A stretch of DNA of 64,000 nt from the NCBI GenBank assembly GCA_964106915.2, contig OZ066918.1, one strand, 5' to 3'. Made by a program: the position numbers and the translations under genes. This DNA comes from Podarcis gaigeae (taxonomy: Eukaryota). Below the pieces are notes generated by a model that was not told where the DNA came from, did no database searches, and saw only the letters and a program-made list of their open reading frames with translations. Shown here piece after piece: positions 23,854-36,143 of this stretch (position 1 is its first letter; every line of letters starts with the position of its first letter).

Positions 23854-25905
23854 ATGAGTCCTGAGGGCCATGTAGAGAGACTCAGAGGGCCACATTTGCC
23901 CCCCCCCCAGACATAAGGTTCCCTCTCCTTGCCTTAACCCCTTGAGGTGGCTCAAGAAATATTCAAGAAGAAATACCTTCTTCTTGATTGATTCATTTCC
24001 GAGGGAGTTGGCCATCTCTGGTGGATGGTGTTTCGACACAAGCAACAGTTGAGTCTGAAGGATGATTTGGCGTTGTTGTTAATTGCTCTTTTCTGTGACA
24101 TGAATATTTAAAGCAGAGATCAGCAGCACACGATTCCTGTCCCAATTCACAGCCAGGTAATGTGTGAGATCCAATGCACTGCACAAGCTGGTTGTCAGTT
24201 GCTTCAAGATTCATACCCCACTGAGATGTCGAAACCAGCCAGCAGATTGCAGAACACGCTGATATGCTCACTTTGTCAGGGTTTTTGCTCTTAGGGCTCA
24301 GTGTGGGGGGCTGGTCCCAGGTCACTCCATGCTATGCCGGCTGTGATTTAAGGTTAGCAAAGTACTTTATGAACTCTCCCTTTGCTTCTCACTCGAGCAG
24401 CGGGAGAGGGAAGTTTGTACACAGCTTTAGTCTAACAGAAAGCAGACGTCCTGGCACAGATGCACGGGAACAAGGTGCGAGGTGGGAGTTTTCAGTACAT
24501 GGTTCACCACTGCCAAACGTTTATTCTGCAAGCTGTATAGTGTATATGCAACTGAATTAGGGTGAACACGAAATGAATGCATAGCACAGGAAGAAGCGTA
24601 TGAGTCCATTTAATGTCAATGTAGCAAGCCATTCAGGCATTTAAAAGAATGTATGAGGGCACAGACTGCGTACGGCAGAAGTTGGGAACTTCCGGCCAGG
24701 GGTCTGAATGCAGCCCTCTCAATTTGGCCCTCTTCCCTACTGTCAGGGACAACTCTAGGAAAGCAGGTGTTTGGTAGCAAACTGCTACAACATTTGATAC
24801 GTTTGGGATCACACCCATTGACCACTAATCTCTTTGCACCGTCATGGCAGTGTAGATAAAATAAGGGATGAGTGAATCCTTCAATTTTGGTTTCTCTCTG
24901 ATTCTTATTTTTTTCAGTCTTAGGTTCAGTGTGCTAAATTTCCAAAACAGTTTGCAAACTTTTTTTTTCTCTAAAAAAAGAGTTTTATAAAAGCCTGCAT
25001 TTCTCTCCATTTCTGTATGCCGTTTTGCCTAAAATGCACATTTTTGCAAGTAATTTCCCCTAATAGAATGCCTTTTGTACATTATTTTCACTTGCATATG
25101 CACCTTATGATTACTTCAAGACACACGTTTGGTCCACGTTATTGGGCCGAAGAACTGCATCTCAAAATGTGGAGAAATTAGATGGATAACCATCATCAGT
25201 AACCAAAGGTAATATAAATAAAAGGAAGCATCCTGTGGTAAATAGCTGGTACACCTTACCTTGTTTTAAACATTTGATTCTGCAAATGTTGCGGCTCCTT
25301 CATCCTTAGAATAGGGATGTGTGTGTGTGTGTGTGTGTTTCTGGAGTTGCATGTAGAGCACTCCCTCTAAAACTGCTCAGTAGGGAGCCATCCGAACACG
25401 TTAGCATGGCAATCTAAACATTATCTCAGCCCATTACTATGCCACAAGTGACAGGACAGGAAAACCCTGTAACGAGAATTATGGGACTTGCCCCAGTGCA
25501 ACCTGAAAGGCTCTCCAGCTATTTCCAGCTCCAAACAGACAAACATAATAGACTGTGTTACAAGAGAATTTATTGGTGGCCTGTGGAACCTTCGCTCACC
25601 TTGCACCAGCACTTTGCTCTCTGAACAGAAAGAATATTGTTTGGAATGGGTGTCGTGGGCTCTTGTTTTGGTTGCATAACATAGTTACCATTCACTGAGC
25701 CGAATGAATCCCAACAAAGCCCAGTTAGCACTTAAACCGATAAGATTTAGTGTGCCTTTTTTGTAGCTGGCTCATTCGGTAAAGGCGGTGGGTGGAAATT
25801 AACAACAATGATCTAAAATTAGCTAGCTGTGAGTGTTGTCAAACCTTCTCTTTGATAGTCTTGCAGCCTGGAAGTGACTCCAGTCTTTATAGGTTTTTTT
25901 AAATA

Positions 25906-26157
25906 CAGTGGTACCTCGGGATGCGAACAGGATCCGTTCTGGAGCCCCGTTTGCATCCTGAAGCGAACGCAACCCACATCCGCGCATGCGTGGGTTGCGT
26001 TTCGCCGCTTCCACGCATGCGCGTGACATCATTATGACAGTCTGCGTGTGCGCATGCAGCACAACCCAGAAGTAACACGTTCCGTTACTTCTGGGTTGCC
26101 GTGGAGCACAACCCAGAAATACTTAACTTGAAGGATATTTATCCCGAGGTATGACTG
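25906..26157. mobile_element. Tigger-like MITE whose right end is disrupted by Bov-B and a SINE
   Basis: TA|CAGTGGTACCTCGGG ... CCCGAGGTATGACTG; terminal ATGACTG+TA reappears at 26802-26810. Confidence 0.8.
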
Positions 26158-26163
26158 GAAGGA

Positions 26164-26522
26164 GAGACGCGGGTGGCGCTGTGGGTAAAACCTCAGCACC
26201 CAGGACTTGCTGATCGCATGGTTGGCGGTTCGAATCCCCGCGGCGGGGTGAGCCCCCGTCGTTCGGTCCCAGCGCCTGCCAACCTAGCAGTTCGAAAGCA
26301 CCTCCAGGTGCAACTAGATAAATAGGGACCGCTTTGTAGCCGGAAGGTAAACGGCGTTCCATGTGCTGCGCTGGCTCCCCAGATGCAGCTTGTCACGCTG
26401 GCCACGTGACCCGGAAGTGTCTGCGGACAGCGCTGGCTCCTGGCCTATAGAGTGAAATGAGCGCACAACCCTAGAGTCTGGCAAGAATGGCCTGAACGGG
26501 CAGGGGTACCTTTACCTTTACC
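26164..26522 (+). mobile_element. Sauria SINE, full length
   Basis: GCGGGTGGCGCTGTGG head, GGTTCGAATCCC B-box, (ACCTTT)n tail; 14-bp TSD TATGACTGGAAGGA. Confidence 0.93.
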
Positions 26523-26526
26523 TATG

Positions 26527-26801
26527 ACTGGAAGGACAGATCATGAAGCTGAGGCTCCAATACTTTGGCCACCACATGAGAAGAGAAGACTCCCTGGAAA
26601 AGACCCTGATGCTGGGAAAGATGAAGGGCACAAGGAGAAGGGGACGACAGAGGATGAGATGGTTGGACAGTGTTCTTGAAGCTACTAACATGAGTTTGAC
26701 CAAACTGTGGGAGGCAGTGGAAGACAGGAGTGCCTGGTGTGCTCTGGTCCATGGGTCCTGAAAAGTCGGACACGACTAAACGACTAAACAACAACAACAA
26801 C
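26527..26801 (+). mobile_element. Bov-B (RTE) LINE 3' end
   Basis: KLRLQYFGH.MRREDSLEKTLMLGK...RGRQRMRWLD; (CAA)n tail. Confidence 0.93.
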
Positions 26802-26842
26802 ATGACTGTAAAATAATAATAATGTGGAACTAGTATTTTAAC

Positions 26843-26968
26843 CAGGACTTTTTTTCAGCCGGAACTCAGTTCCGGCACCCCTCAGGTAGGCGCCATTGCC
26901 ATTATAAGGGAACAAGGGAGGCGTTCATGGTGAGATCCGGCACCTCTTTTTCAAAAAAAATAGCACTG
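26843..26968. mobile_element. Short MITE
   Basis: CAGGACTTTTTTT / AAAAATAGCACTG; degenerate 8-bp TSD; second copy at ~31770-31899. Confidence 0.7.
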
Positions 26969-27706
26969 GCTTTAACATTCTCCTCTGTTTAGACTTTTCA
27001 CCGTCTTTGTGTTCTTGTGTTTTTAATAATTGCAGTGGTACCCGAATATGTCATACTCAGAGTAGACTGATCAAAGTCAATGGATTTAAGTTACCAAGTC
27101 TGTGATGGATGGATTGCCTGGGCTTTGCAAGGCCCTGAGAAGCTTAGCAGGTCAGAGCCAGCCCTCCCAACCCCTGCTTTAGAGGCAAAGGCGCTAACTA
27201 TCTTTTGCCATTTTGGGCACCATGGCCAACTATGTTGAGAGAATATGAAGCAGGGAGTGTGTGTGAATAGAGCTCAAGAGCCTTTAGCGCCTTCCAGAAC
27301 CTCCGACTGTAGCTCTTAAGGCATCTGAACCAGGCCATTATGTTGAACTGGCATTCTTTTATAAGACGATAATGTGGTCGGACACTTATTTTAACCTCAG
27401 CGCTGTTTGATTTATAGTTTCCCATTTGGCATTTTAGCTGAACTTGGAGCGGTGAGGCCGATAAACCCATAAACGAATTGCTTTTGCTGAAGGGACCAGC
27501 CCACGACATGTTTGGTGCAATCCATCAGGCCAAGGCAGATACTGGGGCCCTGCGCCCTGCTACGCTTCCTAAGGTCCCTTTCTGCTGTCTTCCTCAATTT
27601 CAGTATATAGTGTAGAAGGCAAATGCAAGGGCTGGAAAGTACCCCGAAATAAACGTCTTCATTTAATAATCATAGCCTCAGCCCAGCTTCTTATTTCCAA
27701 GAGTCT

Positions 27707-28477
27707 TCTTCTTGTTGTTTTTTAGTCGTTTAGTCTTGTCCGACTCTTCATGACCCCATGGACCAGAGCACACCAGGTACTCCTGTCTTCCACTGCCTCC
27801 CGCAGTTTAGTCAAACTCATGCTGGTAGCTTCGATAACACCATCCAACCATCTCATCCTCTGTCGTCCCCTTCTCCTTGTGCCTTCCATCTTTCCCAACA
27901 TCAGGGTCTTTTCCAGGGAGTCTTCTCTTCTCATGAGGTGGCCAAAGTATTGGAGCCTCAGCTTCACGATCTGTCCTTCCAGTGAGCACTCAGGGCTGAT
28001 TACCTTAAGAATGGATAGGTTTGATCTTCTTGCAGTCCATGGGACTCTCAAGAGTCTCCTCCAGCACCATAATTCAAAAGCATCAATTCTTCTGTGATCA
28101 GTCTTCTTTATGGTCCAGCTCTCACTTCCATACATCACTACTGGGAAAACCATGGCTTTTACTATACGGAGCTTTGTTGGCAAGGTGATGTCTCAACCTT
28201 TTAAGATGCTGTCTAGGTTTGTCATTGCTTTTCTCCCAAGAAGCAGGCGTCTTTTAATTTCGTGGCTGTATCACCATCTGCAGTGATCATGGAGCCCAAG
28301 AAAGTAAAATCTCTCACTGCCTCCATTTCTTCCCCTTCTATTTGCCAGGAGGTGATGGGACCAGTGGCCATGATTTTCTTTTTTTGATGTTGAGCTTTAG
28401 ACCATATTTTACGCTCTCCTCTTTCACCCTCATCAAAAGGTTCTTTAATTCCTCCTCCAAAGTCCTTTAATTCCTCC
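27707..28477 (-). mobile_element. 5'-truncated Bov-B LINE
   Basis: ORF 27722-28183 is the Bov-B C-terminus (AMVFPVVMYGSESWTIKK...); TSD TCCAAGAGTCT. Confidence 0.95.
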
Positions 28478-30135
28478 TCCAAGAGTCTAGGGCCTCTGAA
28501 TTCAACACCAACCAGGCTCAAAACCATGGTTTAGAACCATGGTTCAATGTAGGTTTGCAAGACGTGATCTAGAGGCAGTGCGAAACATAGCTTGGCAATT
28601 TGGACATCCTGGCAAACTACGATTAGAGCATGCCAAGTGACCGAAGAGGAGGAACATAGGAAACTGCCTCATACCAAGTCAGACCAACCTAGCCCAGTGT
28701 TGTCTACATTGACCGGCAACAGCTCTCCAGGGTTTCCGGTAGGGAATGTTTTCTCGGAGATGCAGGCAACTGGGCCACTGAGTTACAGGCCAGGGAACAT
28801 GAGGGAGTGAGCTGGGGCTGGTGGATTGGGTTCATGTCATCTGAACTGGGAGAGTTTCCTTCCTGCAACTATGCATGCTATGCATGCTCTAAACCAGCAA
28901 GAATTCCAATGTCTCCAGAATGTTTGTTTGTCTCCCCTATTTGAGGCGTTTTGTTGCCTCGTGTGCATAGTCAAGTTCTCTGTGGATCAACGATTTAGCA
29001 TCCTTTGATGATTTACAACATCCACATGAGAGGCTCTGCATATCTAGCCACAGGGGCTCCAGCAAGGCTTTGCCTAAATCCATTTTCCAGAAGAGAACTA
29101 TGGACAGAGAGGGGTGGGTGGACTCACATGAACTCAATATGATTTCTCTCCCTCAAGTCATCTCACATCAGGAATCCTATGGAACTAGCTTTTTGTTGGC
29201 AACTTATGAGGGCGGGCTGTTATTGATGTCCAGAAAGCAGTAGACTGTGTTTGCCTAGCCTTCACCGTTGTTGCCAGTTCACTTAAACATAACTTTTCTT
29301 TCAAAACTTAAAAGGCTTTGGCAGAGCACATTGAGCACAGTAAAGCAACAAAAGCCACTCATCTGCAATTCTATATATCAATACTCTGGGACTATGCTTA
29401 TGTAGGCAAAACCACATCACCAAAATAGAAGGGAGATGTATTGGCAAACCCCAACATACACACATATTCAAAAACATTGAAAATATTTTTTTGCGGGGGG
29501 GGGGGAACTAAGGGGGTAGGCAAGACCCCAAAACAGCCTCATAACAACTTGTTGGCATGGAAAGTTGAGAAACTGATGTGGTGGGCGCTGGGGGGATGGG
29601 ATACTCTGACATTTAGGCGGTGTTAGCTGCACATAAGGTGCCCATGAAGATGAGATTGCACACATTATTCAGTCACTATAATACTCCTCAATAGGTCTTG
29701 GGGGAATGTGCATAATGCGTCAACATTCTCCAGGCATTATACATAATCTCCAACAGAGATTGTTTTGAAACAATACACCTTTACTGGGCCAATATGCAGA
29801 TTGACTGGGGAATATGCACAATTCCTGCTTCATGGGGAGATTGTGTGTTGAACGTGCACAATGTCCTGTTGGCATGCACATGAAAACAGTAACACCCTAA
29901 TAAGGACAGAGCTACTAGCTTAGTGAGCACAGAATATTGATTGACCTGGGGGAGGGGAGACAGAATGGAGTGACAGGAACCCTGATGAGAAGCACTGCAT
30001 GCTGCAACAATTTTGATGCAGTTCCCCATTTGTTTTTCTGATCAACAAGTCTTCCTAGGGAGGCTTGAGGGCATAATGTGGAAGCCTTGGAAGCTGCTGG
30101 GATCTTTGCTCCCTGGCAGAGCCCACCGGTAGAGT

Positions 30136-30378
30136 AGAAGAAGAGGAAGAAAAGTTTGGATTTGATATCCCGCTTTATCACTACCCTAAGGAGTCTCATA
30201 CATTCTCCTTTCCCTTCCTCCCCCACAACAAACACTCTGTGAGGTGAGTGGGGCTGAGAGACTTCAAAGAAGTGTGACTAGCCTAAGGTCACCCAGCAGC
30301 TGCATGTGAAGGAGCGGAGACGCGAACCCAGTTCACCAGATTACGAGTCTACCGCTCTTAACCACTACACCACACTGG
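30136..30378 (-). mobile_element. Young tRNA-derived MIR/CORE-like SINE (Squam3-like)
   Basis: Minus strand: CCAGTGTGGTGTAGTGGTTAAGAGC A-box head, GGGTTCGCG B-box, (TCT)n tail; related copy at 54559. Confidence 0.8.
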
Positions 30379-31644
30379 TGTAGTGTAGTGTAGTGTAGTG
30401 TAGTGTAGTGTAGTGTGCCCTTCTAAATTTCCCACAATGCACCAGTGCTTCCCCAGGGCACTGTGGGAAATGTAAATGGCAGATTTGCTGTCACCTGTTG
30501 CTGTAGTCAGGTAAGCCCACAATCGGGGCACCCCACCAATGTACGAGGGGCCCACCACTTTGTCAAGGTTGTGCTCTCAACCGTGGAGCTGATCCTGTTC
30601 CCTAGCTATATGTATCAACAGCTTCATGGCAACCCACTAGTTCAGAATCCACACATATTTCTGTTTAGTGGCAGCTGCCGCAAATAAGACCACTGGGTAT
30701 ACGTTACGTATTTATTTTGCCCACTAAGCAAATAAACTGATTCCAGCTATGCTATATGTTTATGCAGCATACTTGGCACTTTGCAGAGGATCATAAGCCT
30801 ACCCTGAGGAGTTTACAATATACATTTCAACAGCGGAGGAGGCATCAGGGGAGGAAAGGGGAGAGCCAAAGGGAACCGAGGCAGGGCAGCCAGAGGTTGT
30901 ATAAGCGCCATGCATTCAGTCAAAGCACATGGCTTCCCCCAGAGAATTCTGGGAGCTGCAGTTTATCCCTCAAGAACTACATCTCCCAGCACTCTTAAAC
31001 TACAGTTCCTACAGTTCCTGATGAGGCCCTAAGCTCCTGAAGGTAATGGGGCCCTTTATATGTCCAGCTGTCCTTTGTCAACAACAAATTGTAGCTGTTT
31101 TTTGTGTTTTAATATATGCTGTATGGTAATTTATGGACCTAATAGGTATCTAAAGCCATTTGCACATAGCAAAATATGTATTTTACCAAGTAATTGTTGA
31201 ACTGAAATACAATTAAGAAGAAGTATATTAACAGTGAAATTTTGGGGGGGGGGCCTCCCGAGAGAGTGGGGTCCTAAGCTATAGCTATAGCTTATACGTA
31301 AATCCAGCACTGGTTCCTATGTTTCTTTGGGGTGGCTATGTGTTTTAAATGTCCTATATGGTGTGTACGCACCCACAGATACGTTGGTCAGGCCCACCCT
31401 AAACATTTAGAGCATACTCAATGCACATTTAAAGCACATGACTCTACCCATCCCCCAGGGAATCCTGGGAAATGCAGTTTCTCCCTCACAGAGCAAACTA
31501 CAGCCCCCAGGATTCTTTTGGGGGGGGATCATATGCTTTAAATGTGTGTTTAATATGTTTTAAATGTATAGGGTGGAGCTGCCCTTGGCGTTAACTTCAA
31601 TTGGGGGCGAGAATGAAAAGCCACAGAAGACGTGCCAACTGAAG

Positions 31645-31646
31645 GT

Positions 31647-31692
<46 letters not shown>
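31645..31692. repeat. Compound (GT)n(GA)n microsatellite
   Basis: Direct observation. Confidence 0.97.
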
Positions 31693-31693
<1 letters not shown>

Positions 31694-33211
31694 AGAGATG
31701 GACAGAGAGAAAGGGACTGAGACAGATAGGTAGTTCCACTTAGGAATTAAAGGTATAAGGGGAAGCAGGCAGAGCCTTTTTTTCAGCCAGAACTCAACAG
31801 AACTCAGTTCCAGCACCTCTCAGCCATTGTCATTATAAGAGAACAAGGGAGGTGTTGATATTGGGTCCCAGTACCTCTTTTTCTAGAAAAATAGCACTGG
31901 CTAAGAGGGGAAGAGCTTAGGAAGCAGGGGGCTTTTAAGAAGTGGAAGGCTGAACAGCTTCAGGAGCTACTGTGTTGTCATAGGAATCTGCCTTATATCA
32001 CATCAGGGCCAGCCAATGCATTAGAGCACCCAAGGCAAGCCACAAAATGGTGTACCTCCTCTGCCCCCAGAGAAGAAGGGTGTGCGAAGGTCTGCATTGG
32101 GAACAAGGCAGGAATGAAGATCTACACCAGGAACAATGCAGGGGGAAAATAAAATCAACCCTAACCAATGGTTGAAGTGGAAATCAAAAGCCATTGTGGG
32201 GTTGTAGGGGAAGGGGTCTGCTCTGAATTACGCAGGGTGGGTGCAGAGCTCAGGAGATCCTAGAGGGCAGCCCATACCATTTCCTCCCTAGGGATGGGAG
32301 CTGTAGAGGTGGCATTGGAGGGGGCATGGAAGTGGTTGACATTGCCTCCAAAGAGTGTGCCTCGGATTTTCTGTCACTGTGGATCCTGCTGCCTGAGGTG
32401 GTTGCCTCACCTTGTCTCATGGGTGGGCTGGCCCTGTATCACACCATGCTATCCATCTCACGCAGCAGTCTCACAACAACCCACCAGGTTTCAGGCAAAG
32501 AATCTTTCACCTCATCGGTTCCTTCACTGAATATGCCAAGTGTTGAAGGTGGCACTTTCTGCATGCAAGGCCTGTGCTCTTCCATGGAGCTCAGGGTTGC
32601 TTAAGGGTGTGTAGCCCAAGGAGTTTCCTTCTAGGCATGTTTCTGTAGGCCACATGCCAGTTCTGGGCAGGGCCAGGGGCAAACGCGGGCAGAATGAGCA
32701 ATGAATGTCAACTTTACTTTTGTCCAGGCAGGCTAGTTTCTACAGACATACACATACCCCTCTCTAATCTCCACCAAAGGAAGCAAGCGGCGTTGTCAGA
32801 GTTCAAGGACACAATCCAGCCAGGCACTCAAGATGAGGGTGGAGCAGGTGTGGGCAGAGACATCCAGAGGACCACATTTGATCAGGCAGTTGTAGACCAG
32901 AGCACTGCCAGGCACATAACTACATTTGCAGCAATCTATCATTCTATGGCTATTCGGGTTGGAGGAACCCAACTTCTTGCACCAACCTTGATCTCTTCTC
33001 CTCCTTGTCTCCTTTTGCTGATTCCTACCTTGCTGGTGCTTCTCTAGACCCAAGAGCTGCCTTGTGGTTGTGTCTATACTCTGCTTAACCTACCCAAAGC
33101 CAGCATTTCTTTGCTCTGTGCCTTATCTTAAACCAGAATCCGGCAGGGCTGTTCCTGAGCTCCCATTGCAGCCTCCAGCCCAACACTTTGTTGTTGTTGT
33201 TGTTTAGTCGT

Positions 33212-34080
33212 TTAAATAGTCCCGAGATGGTATGTGTGATGTTGTTGGGGCCAGTAATGGTGTTGTCCGGGTGTATGTGGCAGCAAAGTTGGCATCTGGG
33301 TTTATTGCAGGCTCTGGTGCAAGTGTCCGTGTTAAGTCTGGTTGTAGTATTATTGTGGGTTAGGAGTTGTTTAAGATTGGGTGCCTGTCTGTAGGCAATG
33401 AAAGGTCTTCCTCCCAGAGCTTGAGAAAAAGAACAACACCATTACTGGCCCCAACAACATCACACATACCATCTCGGGACTATTTAATTGCTCATCGTCT
33501 AACATTGTGTATGCCATCAAATGCCAACAGTGTCCTTCAGCTCTCTATATTGGACAAACAGGCCAAACCTTACGCCAAAGAATAAACGGACATAAATCTC
33601 ACATCAGAAATCACAAGACAGAGAAACCAGTAGGAGAACACTTCAATCTCCCAGGACATTCTATACAAGATCTCAAAGTAGCTGTTTTACTACAAAGGAA
33701 TTTCAGAAATAGACTGGAAAGAGAAGCTGCTGAATTGCAACTTATCACCAAACTTAAAACCATGGAGAGACCTGGTCTGAACAAAGACATTGGATTCTTA
33801 TCTCATTATACATGACAAAGCCACTTTTCACCTTCTCACCCCTTGCTTTTTCCTGTAAGACCTATTGCAGTCGTTAAGAGTCGTCAACAGGCTCATCACA
33901 GCTATCTGCCAATCACCCATTCCCACCACCCTTCTGAGTAATACCCCTCCCCACCTTCTCACTATATAGAAGGGTCTGGTGACTTCTGTTTCAGTGTATC
34001 TGAAGAAGTGTGCATGCACACGAAAGCTCATACCAAGAACTAACTTAGTTGGTCTTTAAGGTGCTACTGGAAGGATTTTC
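33212..34080 (+). mobile_element. Penelope-like retroelement 3' part (GIY-YIG endonuclease + terminal repeat region) with 5' inversion
   Basis: NIVYAIKCQQCPSALYIGQTGQTLRQRINGHKSHI...VGEHFNLPGHS...REAAELQLITKL...GLN; inverted segment encodes AYRQAPNLKQLL...CNKPRCQLCCHI. Confidence 0.93.
33996..34033 (+). ncRNA. Minimal type I hammerhead ribozyme motif
   Basis: GUAU-CUGAAGA-A-GUGUG(CAUG)CACAC-GAA-AGCU-C^AUAC. Confidence 0.8.
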
Positions 34081-35929
34081 TTTTTCCCTTAAGAATGGAA
34101 AGGTTTGATCTTCTTGCAGTCTATGGGACTCTCAAGAGTCTCCTCCAGCACCATAATTCAAAAGCGTCAATTCTTTGGCGATCAGCCTTCTTTATGGTCC
34201 AGCCCATCACCTAGTATCCCCAAAGACTGACAACTGGGTCTTGACTTTTTGTATGATGATTGCGCTTCTGGTTTCATCCCTCCATTTTGCTGCTTTCCCT
34301 GGCTTGTTTTCCTAACCTGACCATTTGTCTGAACCTTATCAGTATCTAGGAGAATCTCGTTTGGGTTTTTCTTTGTTCGCTGAATAGTACGCCAGCTCTC
34401 GTCCTGAGCCAAATCACTCTTAGCCTTAATTTTGCAAGCACACCCCCTGCAACTTGGAAGCTTGAAGCAAGCCCTATTTGCAGCAGCAAGGCAACCTAAC
34501 AATTCAATTTATCTGGACCCAAATCCTTTCTCATTTGGATCCTGAGCGCAGAATCCTGGGTTTCCGTGGCACAATAGTGGCACAATACATGTCTCCTGTA
34601 TGCCGTTCCATTTGTGGCCTCCCACTCTTGTACAGTGCAATGGAAAACACAGCCCTTAGGTTTATTTAAAACAGATGCTTAGACATGTGTTTCCAAGTTG
34701 GTCACCAATGACATTTTTAATTTATTTAAAAAAACACCCTTTAAAAAATTCCAAATTATGCTGGAAAAGAGGAAATTAATGATGTGTCATCTTCATGTTC
34801 TTTTTGGCTTAATAGCATTGCTGCTGTCGGGAGTTAAGGAGAGAAAGAGAGGGGAGGAAGAATCCTGCTTCTTTGGATAATTGTGCAGACTTTTCCTTTT
34901 TAATCACCTACTAATAAAGCATAATGAATTCCATCATCTAGTGCAGGCATAGCCATTGTAGTGCCCTCCAGATATTGGAGCCCAGCTCCCCTCAGCTATA
35001 GCCAGCATTGGCCCAAGGCGAGGGATGATGGCAATAGTGGCCAACTCTGGAGTGAAGCATGTTGTTTGCTCCAGACCTGGGGAATAGCATTTTAAAGAAC
35101 CAATGAGGATAAATGAAAAACAGAGCACAAGGAAGATTATGCAAAGAAAAAATACACCAGGAAAGAACATCTTCAATGTTTTGCAGTGATTTTGTGGAGA
35201 GTGTGCACAGATGAAATATGCAGCTGAGGCAAGGATAGCATTAAAAGGAATGATGCACATCTTACAATAGATGTGCCTTCAGAGGGTTCTTGCTCATAGG
35301 CTTGTAAAAGAACCTACCCATGTAGAAATAGCATGTGTATGCCTAGGCTAATTCAGAAGTAATGCTCAGTGCACATAGGGATTTGGAGAGGTACCAGTAG
35401 GTGCATGCAGGTATGATCCTGCTCCCCTCCCTCTATGCACATTGATGCTTCACACATGTACTTGGTGTACTTGGGGGTGTGGGGTGGGCATTTTGTGTGT
35501 CTTCCGAGATCTGGGAAGTGATATTACTGCTTTGCTCAGCTCTTGCAAGAAGACCTCTTTTGGAATATTGCATTAAGGTCTGGGACACGGCAGCTGGAGT
35601 CAGATGTTGACACCTTGGAAAAGATTCAAAAGAGAGCTAAGAGCATCATGAGATGTGTAGAAGGCAAATCCTGTGAGGAATCGTTGAGGTAACTAAATAG
35701 GCTTTGCTGAGTGGGGAGCAGGGGAGGCTGAAGGTCTGTACGTCGACCGTTTCCAAATATTTAAAAAAGATGTCAGAAATAAGAGAGGTTGAACGTTCAG
35801 GAGTAGGGATGGGTGAAACTAGCAGTTTCGGCTTTTCCGCTTCTCATTTTCCCAGTCCTAAATTCAGTTCTCCATATTTCCACATTAGTTAGTGATCAAT
35901 AAAAATCCTAGTGAAAATTCACCAGGAGC

Positions 35930-36049
35930 TTACCCGGAAGCTGTCTGTGGACAAAGGCCGGCTCCCTCGGCCAGTAAAGCGAGATGAGCGCCACAACTCC
36001 AGAGTCATCCACAACTGGACGTAATGGTCAGGGGTCCCTTTATCTTTTA
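35930..36049 (+). mobile_element. Sauria SINE 3' fragment
   Basis: Matches 3' third of full copies, ending GGGGTCCCTTTATCTTT. Confidence 0.85.
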
Positions 36050-36143
36050 GTGTACGTTTATCCCAATGTACACATTTTTGTATGCGATTTTGCATAGTAA
36101 ACATAGTTCTGCAAAGCAACTTCCCCCCAACAGAATGCTAATA

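Larger units (their letters stand above)
33187..34204 (-). mobile_element. Bov-B copy split by a Penelope-like insertion (tail 33187-33214, body ~34085-34204)
   Basis: (TTG)nTTTAGTCGTTTA tail; body matches 37925-38044; TSD TCCAGCCCAACAC / TCCAGCCCATCAC. Confidence 0.85.

Noticed and set aside
26164-26260. tRNA gene-like A/B boxes (also 30300-30378, 43880-43976, 62941-63030)
   Set aside because: These are SINE heads continuing into SINE bodies and tails.
34061-34076. PLE end GTGCTACTGGAAGGA resembles Bov-B GTGCTCACTGGAAGGA from the deleted segment
   Set aside because: Orientation is opposite to what simple target priming needs, and it may be native PLE sequence; untestable without the family consensus.
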